Shown: positions 24,721-37,280 of the stretch, piece by piece
Numbering within the stretch: the stretch's first letter is position 1
Layout: each line of letters begins with the position of its first letter
Assembly (NCBI GenBank): GCA_963739455.1
Contig: CAVUAK010000001.1
Location: forward strand, 1,856,001-1,920,000
DNA: 64,000 nucleotides
Direction: 5' to 3'
From: an uncultured Gemmatimonadales bacterium
GTDB lineage: Bacteria > Gemmatimonadota > Gemmatimonadetes > Gemmatimonadales > GWC2-71-9
Program-made: the position numbers and the translations under genes
Notes under the pieces: model-generated
The model's database searches: none
What the model was told of the DNA's origin: nothing
Seen by the model: only the letters and a program-made list of their open reading frames with translations

Positions 24721-26775
24721 ATGACACTGCTGGGCAACTTCGCGCTTTGGGCGGCGCTCCTCTTCGGCATCTGGGGCGCCGTTCTCGCCTTCTCGAACCG
24801 CTGGCAGGGCCGCCCCGAGATCGCGCTCTCGGTGACGCGCTCGGTCTACGCCGTGTTCGCCTCGTGCGTCGTGGCGTCGGTCGCGCTGTGGAAGGGCATC
24901 ATCGCCCACGACTTCAACATCGAGTACGTCTGGGCCTATACATCGCGGAACCTCCCGTCCGGATACCTCTTCTCCGCGTTCTGGGCCGGACAGAAGGGTT
25001 CGCTGCTGTTCTGGGCAGTCGTGCTCTCACTGTTCGCGACGCTGGCCCAGGCGATGACACCCCGACGCTACGCCCCGCTCATGCCGTACGTGGCGGGAGT
25101 CACTTCGTCTGTCACCGTCTTCTTCATTGCCGTCATGCTCTTCTCCGGGGCCAATCCGTTCGAGCGGCTTCCGTTCACGCCGGCAGATGGCCGAGGGCTG
25201 AATCCGCAGCTGCAGAACCCCGGCATGATGATTCACCCTCCCATGCTGTACCTCGGCTACATCAGCATCACCATTCCCTTCGCGTTCGCCATCGCCGCAT
25301 TGCTGTCCCGGAAGCTCGATACCGGATGGATCCACGCGATGCGGCGCTGGATGCTGGTGTCGTGGCTCTTCCTGGGTGTGGGGATCACCCTCGGCATGTG
25401 GTGGGCGTACGTGGAGCTGGGCTGGGGCGGCTACTGGGCATGGGACCCGGTGGAGAACGCCAGCCTGCTCCCCTGGCTTACCATGACTGCGTTCCTGCAC
25501 TCGGTCATGATCCAGGAAAAGCGCGGCATGCTGAAGCGGTGGAACCTGTCGCTGGTGGTGGGCACGTTCCTGCTGAGCATCTTCGGGACCTTCATTACGC
25601 GCTCCGGCGTCATTGCCAGCGTGCACAGCTTCACGCAGTCGAACGTCGGCTACTACTTCCTGGCGTTCCTCTTCATCATCGCGGTGGTTTCCTACACCCT
25701 GCTCTACACCCGGTGGCCGCTTCTCGAGGCCGACGTGGAGCTGGAGTCGATGGTCAGCCGCGAGGCGGCATTCCTCTTCAACAACCTGCTGTTCGTCGGC
25801 ATCGCATTTTCGGTCCTGTGGGGTACCCTCTTTCCGATCCTTTCTGAGGCAGTGCGGGGCACCAAGATCACGGTGGGGCCGCCCTTCTTCAACAAGGTGA
25901 ATATTCCGCTTGGGCTCCTGCTGCTCGCGCTCACCGGCATCGGCCCCCTCATCGCGTGGCGGAAGGCCTCGATCCAGAATCTCCAGCGACAGTTCGCCTT
26001 CCCGGTCGGCGCCGGCGTGGTTGTGACCGCGGTGCTCATGTCCCTTGGGGTGCGCGAACTTGCCCCACTCATGACCTGGGGCCTTGCCGGGTTCGTAGCG
26101 GGGACAATTGCGCAGGAGTTCTGGCGCGGCACCCGTGCCCGCATCCGCATGCACGGTGAGACGGTGCCGGTCGCGCTGGGCCGGCTGGTGGCCCGGAACC
26201 GCCGCCGCTACGGTGGTTACATCGTGCACCTCGCCATGCTCGTGTACTTCGTGGCGTTTGCCGGCATGGCGTTCAAGGTGCAGCGCGAAGCGACGCTCAA
26301 GCCGGGTGAGTCGGTGGAACTGCGAAGCCCGTTCGGCCATACCTACACCTTTACGCACGTGGGCATCTCGCAGTTCAAGCAGCTCAATCGCTATGTGTCC
26401 GCGGCCACCGTGGAGGTGGAGCGTGATGGAAAGCCCGACGGGCGGATTGTGTCGGAGAAGCGCCAGCACTTCACCGTCAATGAGCTGGGCACCGAGGAAG
26501 CGTCGTTCGAGCCGTCCACCGAAGTCGGTATCCGGAGTGGCCTGCAGGAGGACATCTACATCGTCTTTGCCGGGGCGGTGAACGGGACCGAGGAGGCGGT
26601 GTACCGCTTCAACATCAATCCCCTGGTCTGGTGGGTGTGGGCAGGCGGGTTCATCCTGGCGTTCGGTGGGCTCATTACGATGTGGCCGGGCGGCGGAACG
26701 CCGGTGGCGTCACGTCGCAATGCGCAGCCGGGCTATGGCGTCGAGCTCGCGACAGCGCCCGTGGGCGTGGAGTAG
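24721..26775 (+). CDS. ccmF: Heme lyase CcmF
   Basis: HPPMLYLGY, WAYVELGWGGYWAWDPVENAS, TFITRSG..SVHSF, NPLVWWVWAGG. Confidence 0.96.
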   Translation: MTLLGNFALWAALLFGIWGAVLAFSNRWQGRPEIALSVTRSVYAVFASCVVASVALWKGIIAHDFNIEYVWAYTSRNLPSGYLFSAFWAGQKGSLLFWAVVLSLFATLAQAMTPRRYAPLMPYVAGVTSSVTVFFIAVMLFSGANPFERLPFTPADGRGLNPQLQNPGMMIHPPMLYLGYISITIPFAFAIAALLSRKLDTGWIHAMRRWMLVSWLFLGVGITLGMWWAYVELGWGGYWAWDPVENASLLPWLTMTAFLHSVMIQEKRGMLKRWNLSLVVGTFLLSIFGTFITRSGVIASVHSFTQSNVGYYFLAFLFIIAVVSYTLLYTRWPLLEADVELESMVSREAAFLFNNLLFVGIAFSVLWGTLFPILSEAVRGTKITVGPPFFNKVNIPLGLLLLALTGIGPLIAWRKASIQNLQRQFAFPVGAGVVVTAVLMSLGVRELAPLMTWGLAGFVAGTIAQEFWRGTRARIRMHGETVPVALGRLVARNRRRYGGYIVHLAMLVYFVAFAGMAFKVQREATLKPGESVELRSPFGHTYTFTHVGISQFKQLNRYVSAATVEVERDGKPDGRIVSEKRQHFTVNELGTEEASFEPSTEVGIRSGLQEDIYIVFAGAVNGTEEAVYRFNINPLVWWVWAGGFILAFGGLITMWPGGGTPVASRRNAQPGYGVELATAPVGVE

Positions 26776-26778
26776 CTG

Positions 26779-27348
26779 ATGCGTCGTCGCGCGTTCCTGT
26801 CGTTCGAGCAGGATACCACCCGCGCTCCAGTTGCCCCCAGCCCGCGCGCCGGCCAGGGCGATGTGGGTGAGCTGTTCAATCCCGACGTCGCGGGCCGTCC
26901 CCGCGCGCCCACCCTGGAAAGCGACAACGACGTCGTTGTCCGCAATACCGAGCTCAAGCTGCGCTGCAACTGCGGATGCACGCTCGACATCTTTACCTGC
27001 CGTACCACCGACTTCACCTGCACCTATTCGCCCGCGCTGCATCGCGAAGTCGTGGCCCTGTTCGCCGGGGGCAAGACTTCCGAGGGCGTGATCGCCGCCT
27101 TCGTTGACAAGTATGGCGAGAAGATCCTCATGGCCCCGAAGCCGGAGGGGTTCAACCTCGCGGGGTATGTGGTGCCCGGCGCCGCCATCCTGACGGTGGG
27201 TGGCATCGTGGCCTGGATCATCCGGCGGCGCATGCAGCGATCGGCGGATCAGGCGCTCGACCAGGCGCTGGCGCCGGTGCCGGTCACGGCAGTGACGGAT
27301 GCCGAGATGGAGCGCCTGAAGCGTGAATTGGCGGAGATGGAAAAATGA
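26779..27348 (+). CDS. ccmH: CcmH-like protein with an atypical Cys motif
   Basis: LRCNCGC...C...C, then FVDKYGEKILMAP followed by a TM, as in CcmH/NrfF. Confidence 0.75.
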   Translation: MRRRAFLSFEQDTTRAPVAPSPRAGQGDVGELFNPDVAGRPRAPTLESDNDVVVRNTELKLRCNCGCTLDIFTCRTTDFTCTYSPALHREVVALFAGGKTSEGVIAAFVDKYGEKILMAPKPEGFNLAGYVVPGAAILTVGGIVAWIIRRRMQRSADQALDQALAPVPVTAVTDAEMERLKRELAEMEK

Positions 27349-27857
27349 TCTGGCTCGAGGCGGTGGCGGCGGCACTCGTTGGGCTTGCATTGCTCCTGGT
27401 CGTGCTTGGGCCGCTCATCTCCCGCGAGCCTGTGCCGGCGATCGTCGACGACGAGCCGACGGACCTCGAGGAAACGCCCAAGGGCATCGCGCTGTCGGCA
27501 CTCAAGGAGATCGAGTTCGACCAGGCGACCGGAAAGCTGTCGGACGAGGACTACGCAATGCTCAAGGGGAAGTACACGGCGCAGGCACTGCAGGCGCTAC
27601 GGGCCGAGGAAGGGATGCCGGTTGCGGCCAGCGCCACGGGCATCGAGGCCGTCATTGCGGCCCGGGCCGTGGCGATCCGGGCAGAGGGACTTTCCGGGCC
27701 GGCCTGTCCACACTGTGGACCGCGACCGGAGCAGGATGCCGTGTTCTGTTCGACCTGCGGCGCAGGGATGGGCATGCGAACCTGCAACGATTGCAGTGCG
27801 ACCCTGCCACCAGGCAGCCGGTTCTGTGACCAATGCGGAAAGCGCGTGGCCGCCTGA
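27345..27857 (+). CDS. CcmI-like N-terminus fused to a double zinc ribbon
   Basis: TM ending GPL; LKEIEFDQATGKLSDEDY; CPHC, CSTC, CNDC, CDQC. Confidence 0.7.
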   Translation: MIWLEAVAAALVGLALLLVVLGPLISREPVPAIVDDEPTDLEETPKGIALSALKEIEFDQATGKLSDEDYAMLKGKYTAQALQALRAEEGMPVAASATGIEAVIAARAVAIRAEGLSGPACPHCGPRPEQDAVFCSTCGAGMGMRTCNDCSATLPPGSRFCDQCGKRVAA

Positions 27858-27864
27858 AGCTGCG

Positions 27865-30800
27865 TCAGGCCCGAGCTGCCCGCTTTCGCGGGACCGTGGT
27901 CATGCCTGTTGCGCGCTCACCAAGCACAACCTCGACTCGGTGCACTTCTCCGTCATCCACGAGCGGAATGGCGGCAGGAGGACAGGCCACGCCGTTGTGC
28001 AGGGCCGCGGCAACACCGCGGCAACGATGCTGTGGGTTGACGACGCTGATCTCATAGCGTGTACGTCCGAAGGTCCAGGTAATTGCATAGGCTGGCCACG
28101 TCGCGGGAATGCAGGGATCCAGTTCGAACGTTGCGCCGTGGCGCTTTAGGCCGAGTATGCTCTCCAGTCCGGCGCGATACATCCATCCGGCAGACCCTGT
28201 GTACCAGGTCCAGCCACCGCGCCCGATGTGGGCCGGGTGGGCGTAGACGTCACCGGCGGTGACATAGGGCTCCACCTTGTAGCGCTCCACGTCCGCGGCC
28301 GTGCGGGTGTGGTTGACGGGGTTGAGCATGTGAAAGAGCTCCATCGCCTCGTCACCGTTTCCCAGCCGCGCCACAGCCATGATCGTCCAGATCGCCGCAT
28401 GGGTGTACTGCCCACCATTCTCCCGCATGCCCGGCGGGTATCCCTTGATGTAGCCCGGGTCCTGCGCTGACTGGTCGAAGGGTGGCGTCAGCAGCAGGAC
28501 CGCGCGCGCGGCGCGACGGACGAGGTGTGTCCTGACGGCATCCATTGCTCGCTCCGCTCGCGCTGGCGCCGCGGCACCGGACAACACCGCCCACGTCTGC
28601 GCGATCGAGTCGATCTTGCATTCCTCGTTCTGCGCCGAACCAAGGGGCGATCCGTCGTCGTAGTACGCGCGCCGGTACCAGTCACCATCCCAGGCAAGTT
28701 CCAGCATGGTGGCGAGGCGAGACGCCTCGCCCTGGTATCGTGCGGCACGTGCCTGGTCGCCTGCCCGATCACAGAGCGGCGCCATCTGCTTGAGCACCGC
28801 ATACAGGAACCAGCCCAGCCAGACGCTCTCGCCCCGGCCCAGGTGGCCGACGCGGTTCATGCCGTCATTCCAGTCGCCGCTGCCGATCAGCGGAAGGCCA
28901 TGCGAACCCGACGTGAGGCTTCGCTCCACGGCCCGCACGCAGTGATCGAGCAGCGAGGCGGATTCCGCCGACGCGCCCGGCTGCATGTACGTCTCCGTCT
29001 CTCCCGGGGCGAGCGGCGCGCCCTCCAGGAACGGGACGACTTCCTCGAGGATTCCGGTGTCGCCCGTCGCGTCCACGTAGTGCGCCACGGCGTACGGCAA
29101 CCAGAGCAGGTCGTCCGAGCAACGCGTGCGGGTGCCGCGACCTGACGGTTCGTGCCACCAGTGCTGCACATCGCCCTCAACAAACTGGCGACCCGCCGCG
29201 CGGACGATATGCTCGCGAAGCAAGCCCGGCTGCGCGAAGCTCAGGGCCATCGCGTCCTGCAGCTGGTCACGGAAGCCGAACGCTCCACCCGGCTGGTAGA
29301 GGGCGGATCGTGCCCACACGCGGCAGCTCAGCACCTGGTACAGCAACCACCGGTTCATGAGCAGGTCGAATGAATCGTCGGGCGTACGCACCTGAATGGT
29401 GCCCAGCGCCCGGTCCCACGACGAGGTCACACGCGTGAGCGCCGCGTCGGCCGCGTCGACACTGCGATGACGGGCGAGCAACTCGCGCACATGGTTGTGA
29501 TCGCGGCCCTGCCCGAGGGTGAAGGCCACGCGTCGCGTCTCGCCCGGCGCGAGGTCGATGCGGACATGCAGTGCCGCACACGGATCGAGGCCGGGACCGA
29601 CGGCGCCGGACAGTGCGTGCCGCGTCATGGCAGCAGGCATGGCGAGCGACCCGTTGCGCCCGAGGAACGAGAACCGGTCGGCCGAGACCGAGTGCGGCGC
29701 CTCGCTCACGCTGGCGAATGCCACGCGGGTGGCGAACTCCTGGTTGTACGGGTTGGTGGCGAGGATGGCGGCCGACTCCCGGTCATACTCCGTCACCACG
29801 TGCAGGTGCTCGCCTGATCGTGGCGGGCCCAGCCGCCATTCGGCGTAGCCGAAGGCGCTGAGCCGCCGACGGCGGTCGGTGCGGTTTGTGACCGTCAGGA
29901 GCGAGAACTTTACCGGATCCTCAGCGTCCACGAACACGGCCAGTTCCTGCTCGATACCGTGTGACGCATGCGTGAAGCGGGATACGCCGGCCGTGTGCTG
30001 CACCACATAGCGACCGCTCTCGAGGGTCCGCGTCACAGGACCGGGCGTCGGAGCCCAGGCGTCGCCGGTGTCCTCATCGCGGAGATAGACGGCCTCGCCG
30101 GTTGGATCGCTCACGGGATCGTTCGCAAACGGGGTGAGCCGGTTCTCCCGGCTGTTGACCGCCCAGGTGTACGCCGAGCCGGAAGCTGAGACGACGGTGC
30201 CGAAATCCGGGTTGGCAATGACGTTCACCCAGGGGAGCGGCGTTTCCTGTTCACCGTCGAGGACGATGGCATAGGCCCGCCCATTGTCCGTGAAGCCTCC
30301 GGATCCATTGCCGAACGTCAGTGCCGGTGACGCGATCGCCACGCCGTCGCGTTCCGGCACTGGTACGGGTGGCGGCGCTGGCAGTTCCCGCTGCCACTGC
30401 GGCTCCGCATACGGCCGGTCCAGCTGGTTGGCGAGTTCGCCTCGCTCGCCACTGAGGATCGCGCGCGACGCCGCCGCGAGGAGGACGCGCTCGGCGTCGC
30501 TCATCCGGTCGCCACGCAGCAGGAACACCCCGCCCGGACGATGCTTCCACGCGCCCCACGGACCGGTGTCGAGCAGCGCCGCGAGTTGCACGTGCATCTC
30601 ATCCAGGTAGCTCACCGGATGCTCATTCAGGATGACGACGTCCGCGCTCAACCCCTTGAGGCGCCAGTACTCCTGTGCCTGCAGTACCTGCCGCACCAGC
30701 GGGATGTCATTCTCTTCGACGACGCGCACGAGCAGGATGGGGAGGTCGCCCGAGATGCCATGGGCCCACAGGCCCGGCTGGCCGAGCACATTGCGCGCGA

Positions 30801-33800
30801 GGACCTCCGGCGCCGCGCGAAGCGAGGCGTCGATATGCAGCACCCGCGATGCAAGCCGCTCGTAGAGCATGGCCTCGTCACTGGAGATGCCCATGTGTCG
30901 CAGCGCGCTCTGCGCCTGGGTAAAGGCCAGCGCGAACGTGCGGGCCGAGGCGCTTGGGTCATGGTACTTGTGCGCCATCGCGAGTGCCGCGTCGCGACTC
31001 GAAGCCACACCGGTGGCGAATGACATGCGCACAAAGCCGCCCGGGAGCAGGCGGATGCGCTGCCGCAGGCTGACGATCGGGTCCAGGACGGCCCCGGTGG
31101 TGCCTGACAATGCGCGCCCATCCAGCGCCGTCGGGTTCTCGGGGCCGTGTCCGCGGCCGAGGAACCGGAGGCGATCGGTTTCCCACTCGACGGGCCCCTG
31201 CATCCGCCCCTCGACGCTCAGCACATGCACCGCCCACATGCCCGCCTCGTCCGGCGCGCGCGGACGCCGGGTGCACACCAGTGCCGCGCTTTCCGGCAGG
31301 TACTCTGTCTCGATGAACAGCTTCCCGAAAGCCGGATGGGCCAGGTCGTCGGCCAGCGACGCGAGCGCCATCTCGCCATAGCTCGTGATCTCGAGCTCGC
31401 GCGGACGGTCACTCAGGTTCGTGATGGCGAGGCGCCGAACCTCGACGTCGTCTTCCGTCGAGACCGCGATGTCGAGCTGCGTCGCGATACCGTCGTCACG
31501 CCGCCGGAATACGGCACGCTCCGCCTGGAACGTGACCACATACTCCTCCGGCTCCCGGGCCGTGGGATGGTACGTCGCCGACCACACCGAGCCGCTTCGC
31601 ACATCGCGGAGATACAGGAACTGGCTGCCGAGGTCGCGCGTGGCGTCCTCGCGATGGCGGGTCACGGCGCGCCCACGACAGAGGCTGGCGCCGCCACCGG
31701 CGTTCGTGACCACGGTGACGTAGGAACCGTTCGACAGGAATTGCGCATGCGGATAGCGGGTGTGTGGCGAGCGGAAGCGCCGCACCGCCACGGCGGGCAC
31801 CGCGGCTGCCACCCGGGTCGCTTCGGCAGGGCGTGGCTGGGTGATCGGGGCGTGGCGGGGGACGCGCTCCTGCAGGAGAAGTGCGGTCGCCTGAACCCGG
31901 GCGTCGGCGTGGAAGCGATGCACCATCACGTCATCGAGGAGGGCATTCGCCAGTGCCACCAGGGTCATGCCCTGATGATGCGCAAGGAACGACCGCACCA
32001 CGGTTCCCCTGGGCGGCGAGCCCGGTGTCAACGACGCGACGCTCTCGTCGTCAGGAGCCGTCGTGTGATGCGTATAGTCGATCGATTCGTAGAAGCCATA
32101 CGACCCCTCGGCTCCCTCGCGAGCAAGGCGGCGGAAATTCTGCGCGGCACGGGTGGGATCCACCATTGCGGCGAGCGCCGTGGCGTAGGGTGCCACGACC
32201 AGTTCATCACCCAGGCCGCGCTTCAACCCGAGGCCAGGAACGCCGAAGGCCTTGTACTGGTAGTTGCCGTGGCGATCGACTGCGTTGAAGCCCGACTCCG
32301 ATATGCCCCAGGGCACACCGCGAAGCCGTCCATACTCGATTTGCCGGCGCACGGCGCTCCGGCATGACTGGTCCAGGAGAGTCTCGGGATAGCTCCGCAT
32401 CACCAGCTGCGGCATCAGGTACTCGAAGAGGGTGGCACTCCACGACAGCAGCGTGGAGGCCCCATCCACGCTGGTCAGCAGTCGCCCCAGGTGGAACCAG
32501 TGGCTGTCGGGCACATCACCCTTGGCGACCGCGACGAAGCTCGCGAGACGAGCCTCGGACGCGAGCAGGTCATAGAAGGACGGATCAAGGCGGCCCGGAC
32601 CCTCGGCGTCCGCGAGACGGAAGCCGATCGCGAAGATCTGCCGCTGACGATCATGAAGGAAGCGGAAGTTCATGCCGTCCAGGAACGCCTGTGCGCGCGC
32701 CGCCAGCGCCGCGAGGCGCTTCCCGGCGTCGGCGGACGGCGCCGGCGCCGTCAGGCCGGCGGCGAGAGCCCGCGCCCAGTAGACCGCCTCTATCCGGTCG
32801 GGTTCCGGTGGCTCGTCCGACGAGAAGACGTCGATCGCTTCCTCCAGTTCCGGGAGGAACCCGCGCGCCCGCTCGAGCTTCTCCGCCGGATCCTCGGCGC
32901 CCTCGACCGTGTTGCGGAGCGCCGTCAGCACGGCAACGAGGAGCGCCCGGTCCGAGGGCGACGTGCCGCGTGACCCCGAGAGCTGGCTCATGGAGCGGAG
33001 CGCCACCTCTGCCGTGTCGAGCAGCCCGCCACAGACCACCGAGGGCGCCTGGGCGTTCGCAGCCAGGTGGTGAAGGCCTTCGGCGGCGGCGATGAGCGCG
33101 CCAGCAAGATTGCCGCTGTCGACCGTCGACACGTACCGCGGCGCGAGCGGAGCCAGCGTGCTGGTGTCGTACCAGTTGAGCAGGTGGCCTTCGTGTCGCT
33201 CCAGCCCTTCCATCGTTCCCAGGAGCGCCTCGAGCTTCTCGAGCAGTTCCGCGGTGCCGATGTAGCCGAGGTCGTGGGCGGCCAGTGTGGACAGCAGCCC
33301 CATCGCGATGTTGGTGGGCGACGTCCGATGGGCCACAACCGGCGCGGGCACCTCCTGGAAATTATCGGGCGGGAGGCCGTGATCGGTGGCGCCCATGAAC
33401 GCCTCGAAGTAGCGCCAGGTCTTTCGGGCGACGATGCGCAGCAGGAGGCGGTCCTCGTCGCCCAGTCGCTGGCGAGCGGCTCGCACCGGCCGACTCAGCC
33501 ACGCCGCCACGATGGGGGCCACGATCCACAACGCCAGGATGGGCGCCGCGACCGGGAGTGCGCTGGGCCGCGCGCCGCCAATCAGTACGAGGACCACCAG
33601 GGCAATCAGCGGGCTCGCCGCCATCTCGCCGATGAAGAGCAGCACGTCGCTCCTGGGGCTGAGGCCCGCGGCGCGGGCTGCCGCCGCTGCCGCCGTCTCC
33701 CATTCGAGCAGCCGCCGCTGGGTGAATGCGAGTCGCATCAGCGTCAACGCGATGGCATGCACCATCTCGTAGGCGTGATACGCCAGGAAGGTCAGGTGCA

Positions 33801-36438
33801 GGATCACCTGCGCGGCGGCGGCCTGAATGTCCTCCCGCAGGATCCGGAGGAAGACCCGGAGCGGCTGCTGCGGATCGCGCCCGGCAAGGAAGCGCAGGAT
33901 GTGGGGATAGAGCGGGAAGGCGATGCTGCCGATGATCGCTGCGGTCCACACCCATGGCTTGCCCGGAAGCACCAGCCAGCCCGCGATCAGTGCCACCAGG
34001 GTGCCAGGTGCCACCAGCGTGCGCCGGAGGTTGTCGAAGATCTTCCAGCGCGAGATGAGTGGAAGCGTGTTGCGCTCGAGGCCCCGGCGCGTGGGGACTA
34101 CCGGGAACAGCCAGAAGAGGATCTGCCAGTCGCCACGAGCCCAGCGGTGCTGCCGGCGCGCATGCGTGAGCACGCTGGCCGGATAGTCATCCACTACCTC
34201 GACATCGGTGACGAGGGCAGGCCGCGCGTGCAGCCCCTCGAAGAGGTCGTGCGAAAGGAGCGCGTTCTCGGGCACGCGCCCCTCGAGTGCCGCCACGAAC
34301 GCGTCGACATCATACAGGCCCTTGCCGGCGAAGATGCCCTCGCTGAAGAGGTCCTGGTACGTGTCAGAGACAGCGGTGGTGTAGGGATCGACACCGGTGT
34401 GACCGGAGTAGACACGGGCGAACAGTGACCCGGCAGCGCTCGCCATCGTGACGCTCACGCGCGGCTGCAGGATGCCATATCCCTCGGTGACACGCCGGAG
34501 TCGCTGGTCGAAGTGCGGGCGATTGAGCGGGTGGGCAATGATGCCGATGAGCTGTCGCGCCGCGTTGCGGGGCAGGCGGGTGTCGCTGTCGAGCGTGATG
34601 ACGTAGCGAACGCCGGCGAGGAGCTCGGCGTCGCCGACATGCACCGTAAAGCTGGTATCGCGGGCGCCGCGGAGGAGCCGGTTGAACTCCTCGAGCTTGC
34701 CCCGCTTCCGTTCCCATCCGATCCAGGAGCCCTCGCCGGCGTTCCACTGTCGCACGCGGTGGAAGAGGTGAAAGGTGCCGCGGCGCGACGGGTCGGTGCG
34801 CGCATTGAGGCCCTCGACCCCTGCGGATGCCGCCGCGAGGATCGTGTCGTCGCCCGGCATCGTGGCCGCCGTCGCATCGACGAAATCGCTGAGAATGGCG
34901 AAGTGGACGTTGGGGTCGCTGTTGCCGAGCGCAAGGACCTCCAGGTGTTCCAGGAGCTCTGCGACACCGTCGACGCTCGTCAGCAGCGTCGGTATGACGA
35001 CCATCGTCCGGTGCTGTGCGGGGACGCCGTTCAGGAAGTCGACGCGGGGCAGGCGGCGGGGCGGCGACAGCCGTGCAGCGATGCGCTGCACCGTGGCTAT
35101 GGCGAGTTCCGACGCTGGAAGCAGCAACAGCAGGGTGACAACGCCCTGCCACCAGGGGTCGCCCCCCGCCCACCACGCGTAGGTGACGGCAAGCCCGAGG
35201 AGTACTGCAGTGAGCAGGGCAATCGAGCCCAGATAGACGGCCGTCGCCCGAGCGAAGAGGAATCGATGAAGCCGCCCGCCGACCGTCGGCTGGAAGGAAA
35301 CGTCAGTTTCGAGGTCAGGGCGCCCCTTGCCGATCAGGTGGTAGCCGACGTGGGCGGCGCGATCCTCGGCCGACTTCCGTTCCGCCACCTCGCGCGCGCT
35401 CTCGACGCTTCGCAGCGCCACGCGCAACTGGGCCTCACCACTCGGCTCCGCCAGCTCCTCCACTGCCTGCCGGTACCGGTCGCGGCTCTGGAAATCCATG
35501 CTCCCGTAGACCGCCGCCGGATCACGCTGCAGCACCTGCTCCACCAGGCTGACATTCTCGAAGAACAGGCTCCAGTCCAGCGATGCACAGAAACGGAGGC
35601 TGGTGATGGCATTGCCGACGGACACCTGGGCCATCGCCAGCCACTGGTGCTCGGTGCGGATCGCGTCCTCTGCCGTCATGCCCTGCGCGGCCAGCCGCTC
35701 CTCCACCTCGGCGCGAACCGGCGATACCAGCGGCCCGTACTCGCGCATGCGCTGCAGCAGCCGCACTACGTAGGCGGTCTCCAGCAGTCGCGGCAATGGG
35801 CCTGCCGTGCCGACGCCGACGATGTGGTCGAGGTACCGGTCCGCCTCCCGGCGCGACGCACGCCCTTCCATCGTCTCTTCGGCGAGCCGGCGCAGGTTTT
35901 CGATCAGGGCGAGCTTGAGCATGCTGGGCCATGCCCAGAGCTCGCCGATGGTGAGTGGAGCCACCGTCTGGTAGGCCGACATGAATCGCAGCAGCTGGCC
36001 CCGGTCGAGGCGCCCGTCGGTGTGGCGCACCACCTCCAGGGCCATCGCGTAGATCCGGGCCATCCCGGACATCTCACGTGGCGCCAGCTTCGGCAACTCG
36101 CGGTAGTAGCGCCGCGGCAGGTCGTGCTGTACGCCGCGGGTCTCGGATTCGATGAGGTGAAAGTTGTCGAGGAGCCACTCGGCGGCAGGAGAGAGGAACT
36201 CGCCGCGGTGGACGTCATCTGCGAGGATCCGGTAGGCCTCACGCAGCACCCGCGCGTTCTCGTCCACCCGGGCGAAGAACTGCTGGCCGGTGTCGTCGCG
36301 GGCCCGAGCGAGCGTGAAGCTCGCGGCGAGGCCGCGCGCGCGCTCCTCGAGACGCTCGACGCTCAGCAGCTCGGCGCGGAGGGGGCTTTCAGCACGGCGG
36401 CGCTGTCGCGGACCGAAAAGGCGACGCAACAGACTCAC
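27865..36438 (-). CDS. ndvB: Cyclic beta-1,2-glucan synthase/phosphorylase (Cgs/NdvB/ChvB type; GT84 plus GH94-like C-terminus)
   Basis: 2857 aa, intact; [85 protein letters not shown]. Confidence 0.95.
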   Translation of the reverse strand: MSLLRRLFGPRQRRRAESPLRAELLSVERLEERARGLAASFTLARARDDTGQQFFARVDENARVLREAYRILADDVHRGEFLSPAAEWLLDNFHLIESETRGVQHDLPRRYYRELPKLAPREMSGMARIYAMALEVVRHTDGRLDRGQLLRFMSAYQTVAPLTIGELWAWPSMLKLALIENLRRLAEETMEGRASRREADRYLDHIVGVGTAGPLPRLLETAYVVRLLQRMREYGPLVSPVRAEVEERLAAQGMTAEDAIRTEHQWLAMAQVSVGNAITSLRFCASLDWSLFFENVSLVEQVLQRDPAAVYGSMDFQSRDRYRQAVEELAEPSGEAQLRVALRSVESAREVAERKSAEDRAAHVGYHLIGKGRPDLETDVSFQPTVGGRLHRFLFARATAVYLGSIALLTAVLLGLAVTYAWWAGGDPWWQGVVTLLLLLPASELAIATVQRIAARLSPPRRLPRVDFLNGVPAQHRTMVVIPTLLTSVDGVAELLEHLEVLALGNSDPNVHFAILSDFVDATAATMPGDDTILAAASAGVEGLNARTDPSRRGTFHLFHRVRQWNAGEGSWIGWERKRGKLEEFNRLLRGARDTSFTVHVGDAELLAGVRYVITLDSDTRLPRNAARQLIGIIAHPLNRPHFDQRLRRVTEGYGILQPRVSVTMASAAGSLFARVYSGHTGVDPYTTAVSDTYQDLFSEGIFAGKGLYDVDAFVAALEGRVPENALLSHDLFEGLHARPALVTDVEVVDDYPASVLTHARRQHRWARGDWQILFWLFPVVPTRRGLERNTLPLISRWKIFDNLRRTLVAPGTLVALIAGWLVLPGKPWVWTAAIIGSIAFPLYPHILRFLAGRDPQQPLRVFLRILREDIQAAAAQVILHLTFLAYHAYEMVHAIALTLMRLAFTQRRLLEWETAAAAAARAAGLSPRSDVLLFIGEMAASPLIALVVLVLIGGARPSALPVAAPILALWIVAPIVAAWLSRPVRAARQRLGDEDRLLLRIVARKTWRYFEAFMGATDHGLPPDNFQEVPAPVVAHRTSPTNIAMGLLSTLAAHDLGYIGTAELLEKLEALLGTMEGLERHEGHLLNWYDTSTLAPLAPRYVSTVDSGNLAGALIAAAEGLHHLAANAQAPSVVCGGLLDTAEVALRSMSQLSGSRGTSPSDRALLVAVLTALRNTVEGAEDPAEKLERARGFLPELEEAIDVFSSDEPPEPDRIEAVYWARALAAGLTAPAPSADAGKRLAALAARAQAFLDGMNFRFLHDRQRQIFAIGFRLADAEGPGRLDPSFYDLLASEARLASFVAVAKGDVPDSHWFHLGRLLTSVDGASTLLSWSATLFEYLMPQLVMRSYPETLLDQSCRSAVRRQIEYGRLRGVPWGISESGFNAVDRHGNYQYKAFGVPGLGLKRGLGDELVVAPYATALAAMVDPTRAAQNFRRLAREGAEGSYGFYESIDYTHHTTAPDDESVASLTPGSPPRGTVVRSFLAHHQGMTLVALANALLDDVMVHRFHADARVQATALLLQERVPRHAPITQPRPAEATRVAAAVPAVAVRRFRSPHTRYPHAQFLSNGSYVTVVTNAGGGASLCRGRAVTRHREDATRDLGSQFLYLRDVRSGSVWSATYHPTAREPEEYVVTFQAERAVFRRRDDGIATQLDIAVSTEDDVEVRRLAITNLSDRPRELEITSYGEMALASLADDLAHPAFGKLFIETEYLPESAALVCTRRPRAPDEAGMWAVHVLSVEGRMQGPVEWETDRLRFLGRGHGPENPTALDGRALSGTTGAVLDPIVSLRQRIRLLPGGFVRMSFATGVASSRDAALAMAHKYHDPSASARTFALAFTQAQSALRHMGISSDEAMLYERLASRVLHIDASLRAAPEVLARNVLGQPGLWAHGISGDLPILLVRVVEENDIPLVRQVLQAQEYWRLKGLSADVVILNEHPVSYLDEMHVQLAALLDTGPWGAWKHRPGGVFLLRGDRMSDAERVLLAAASRAILSGERGELANQLDRPYAEPQWQRELPAPPPVPVPERDGVAIASPALTFGNGSGGFTDNGRAYAIVLDGEQETPLPWVNVIANPDFGTVVSASGSAYTWAVNSRENRLTPFANDPVSDPTGEAVYLRDEDTGDAWAPTPGPVTRTLESGRYVVQHTAGVSRFTHASHGIEQELAVFVDAEDPVKFSLLTVTNRTDRRRRLSAFGYAEWRLGPPRSGEHLHVVTEYDRESAAILATNPYNQEFATRVAFASVSEAPHSVSADRFSFLGRNGSLAMPAAMTRHALSGAVGPGLDPCAALHVRIDLAPGETRRVAFTLGQGRDHNHVRELLARHRSVDAADAALTRVTSSWDRALGTIQVRTPDDSFDLLMNRWLLYQVLSCRVWARSALYQPGGAFGFRDQLQDAMALSFAQPGLLREHIVRAAGRQFVEGDVQHWWHEPSGRGTRTRCSDDLLWLPYAVAHYVDATGDTGILEEVVPFLEGAPLAPGETETYMQPGASAESASLLDHCVRAVERSLTSGSHGLPLIGSGDWNDGMNRVGHLGRGESVWLGWFLYAVLKQMAPLCDRAGDQARAARYQGEASRLATMLELAWDGDWYRRAYYDDGSPLGSAQNEECKIDSIAQTWAVLSGAAAPARAERAMDAVRTHLVRRAARAVLLLTPPFDQSAQDPGYIKGYPPGMRENGGQYTHAAIWTIMAVARLGNGDEAMELFHMLNPVNHTRTAADVERYKVEPYVTAGDVYAHPAHIGRGGWTWYTGSAGWMYRAGLESILGLKRHGATFELDPCIPATWPAYAITWTFGRTRYEISVVNPQHRCRGVAAALHNGVACPPAAIPLVDDGEVHRVEVVLGERATGMTTVPRKRAARA

Positions 36439-36624
36439 CTTGAGCCCGTGCGCCTGAGCAGCGACGCTACGTCACGACCGGAAGGGGGAAGTACGCATTT
36501 CACTCATTTGATACACCGCGCCAGGGACCATGCTCCGCGCCCGACATGCACTTGGCTCCAAACGACGCTACGGTGTCGCGACACTACTGCACTTTGGCGC
36601 GCCCTGGCCTGAGCCGCACGCGGT

Positions 36625-37245
36625 CTAGAGGCCATAGCGGAGCCCTACTAACAGCTCGCGCGTCCAGGTGTTGGTTTGCACAAACAGGCCGACCTCGTCC
36701 AGGCTTGCCTGGTCGAACGGGCTCCCTGCAACGCCTACGCTGCCGGAGGTGAACAGGGCAAACCGCCGTGAAATGGGGGCCACCAGGGTGATGGCGGCAG
36801 CGGCTCCAATTCTTGCCAGCGTGCTATTGACCGCTCGGCCACTCCAGATTTGCAGCATGGGGCCCAGTCCGACCTGCAGGGTTGCTTCCGTTCCGATCCG
36901 CGCGATCTCATAGTTCACCAGCAGTCGAAGGTCGTAGAGAGTGAAGGCGGGATTCAGTCCCACCCAGGCTCCATCGCCGTCCGCATTCAGGGCGGCCTTG
37001 GCATATGAGGCATCGAGCGCCACGGCCACACGCCCGAACGAACGGACGGCACCCAGGTGGAACCGCGTCGTGGCCCCCGGCTTGTACTGGGTGATCTCGC
37101 TGAGATCATCGGTGGCGCGGGAGGCGCCGCCAAACCCGGCGGCGCCTCCCGCGACAAAGATCGACCAGGGACTTTGCGCTACGGCCGGCGAGCATGTGAT
37201 ACCGAACAGCAGAACCATGAGCGTGAGCCATCGCGCGATCTGCAT
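36625..37245 (-). CDS. Small outer-membrane beta-barrel protein
   Basis: Signal peptide ending AVA-Q; about 8 amphipathic strands; C-terminus LLVGLRYGL. Confidence 0.6.
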   Translation of the reverse strand: MQIARWLTLMVLLFGITCSPAVAQSPWSIFVAGGAAGFGGASRATDDLSEITQYKPGATTRFHLGAVRSFGRVAVALDASYAKAALNADGDGAWVGLNPAFTLYDLRLLVNYEIARIGTEATLQVGLGPMLQIWSGRAVNSTLARIGAAAAITLVAPISRRFALFTSGSVGVAGSPFDQASLDEVGLFVQTNTWTRELLVGLRYGL

Positions 37246-37280
37246 GGGACCTCCTGGTTACCTGCGTTGCAATCCATTCG

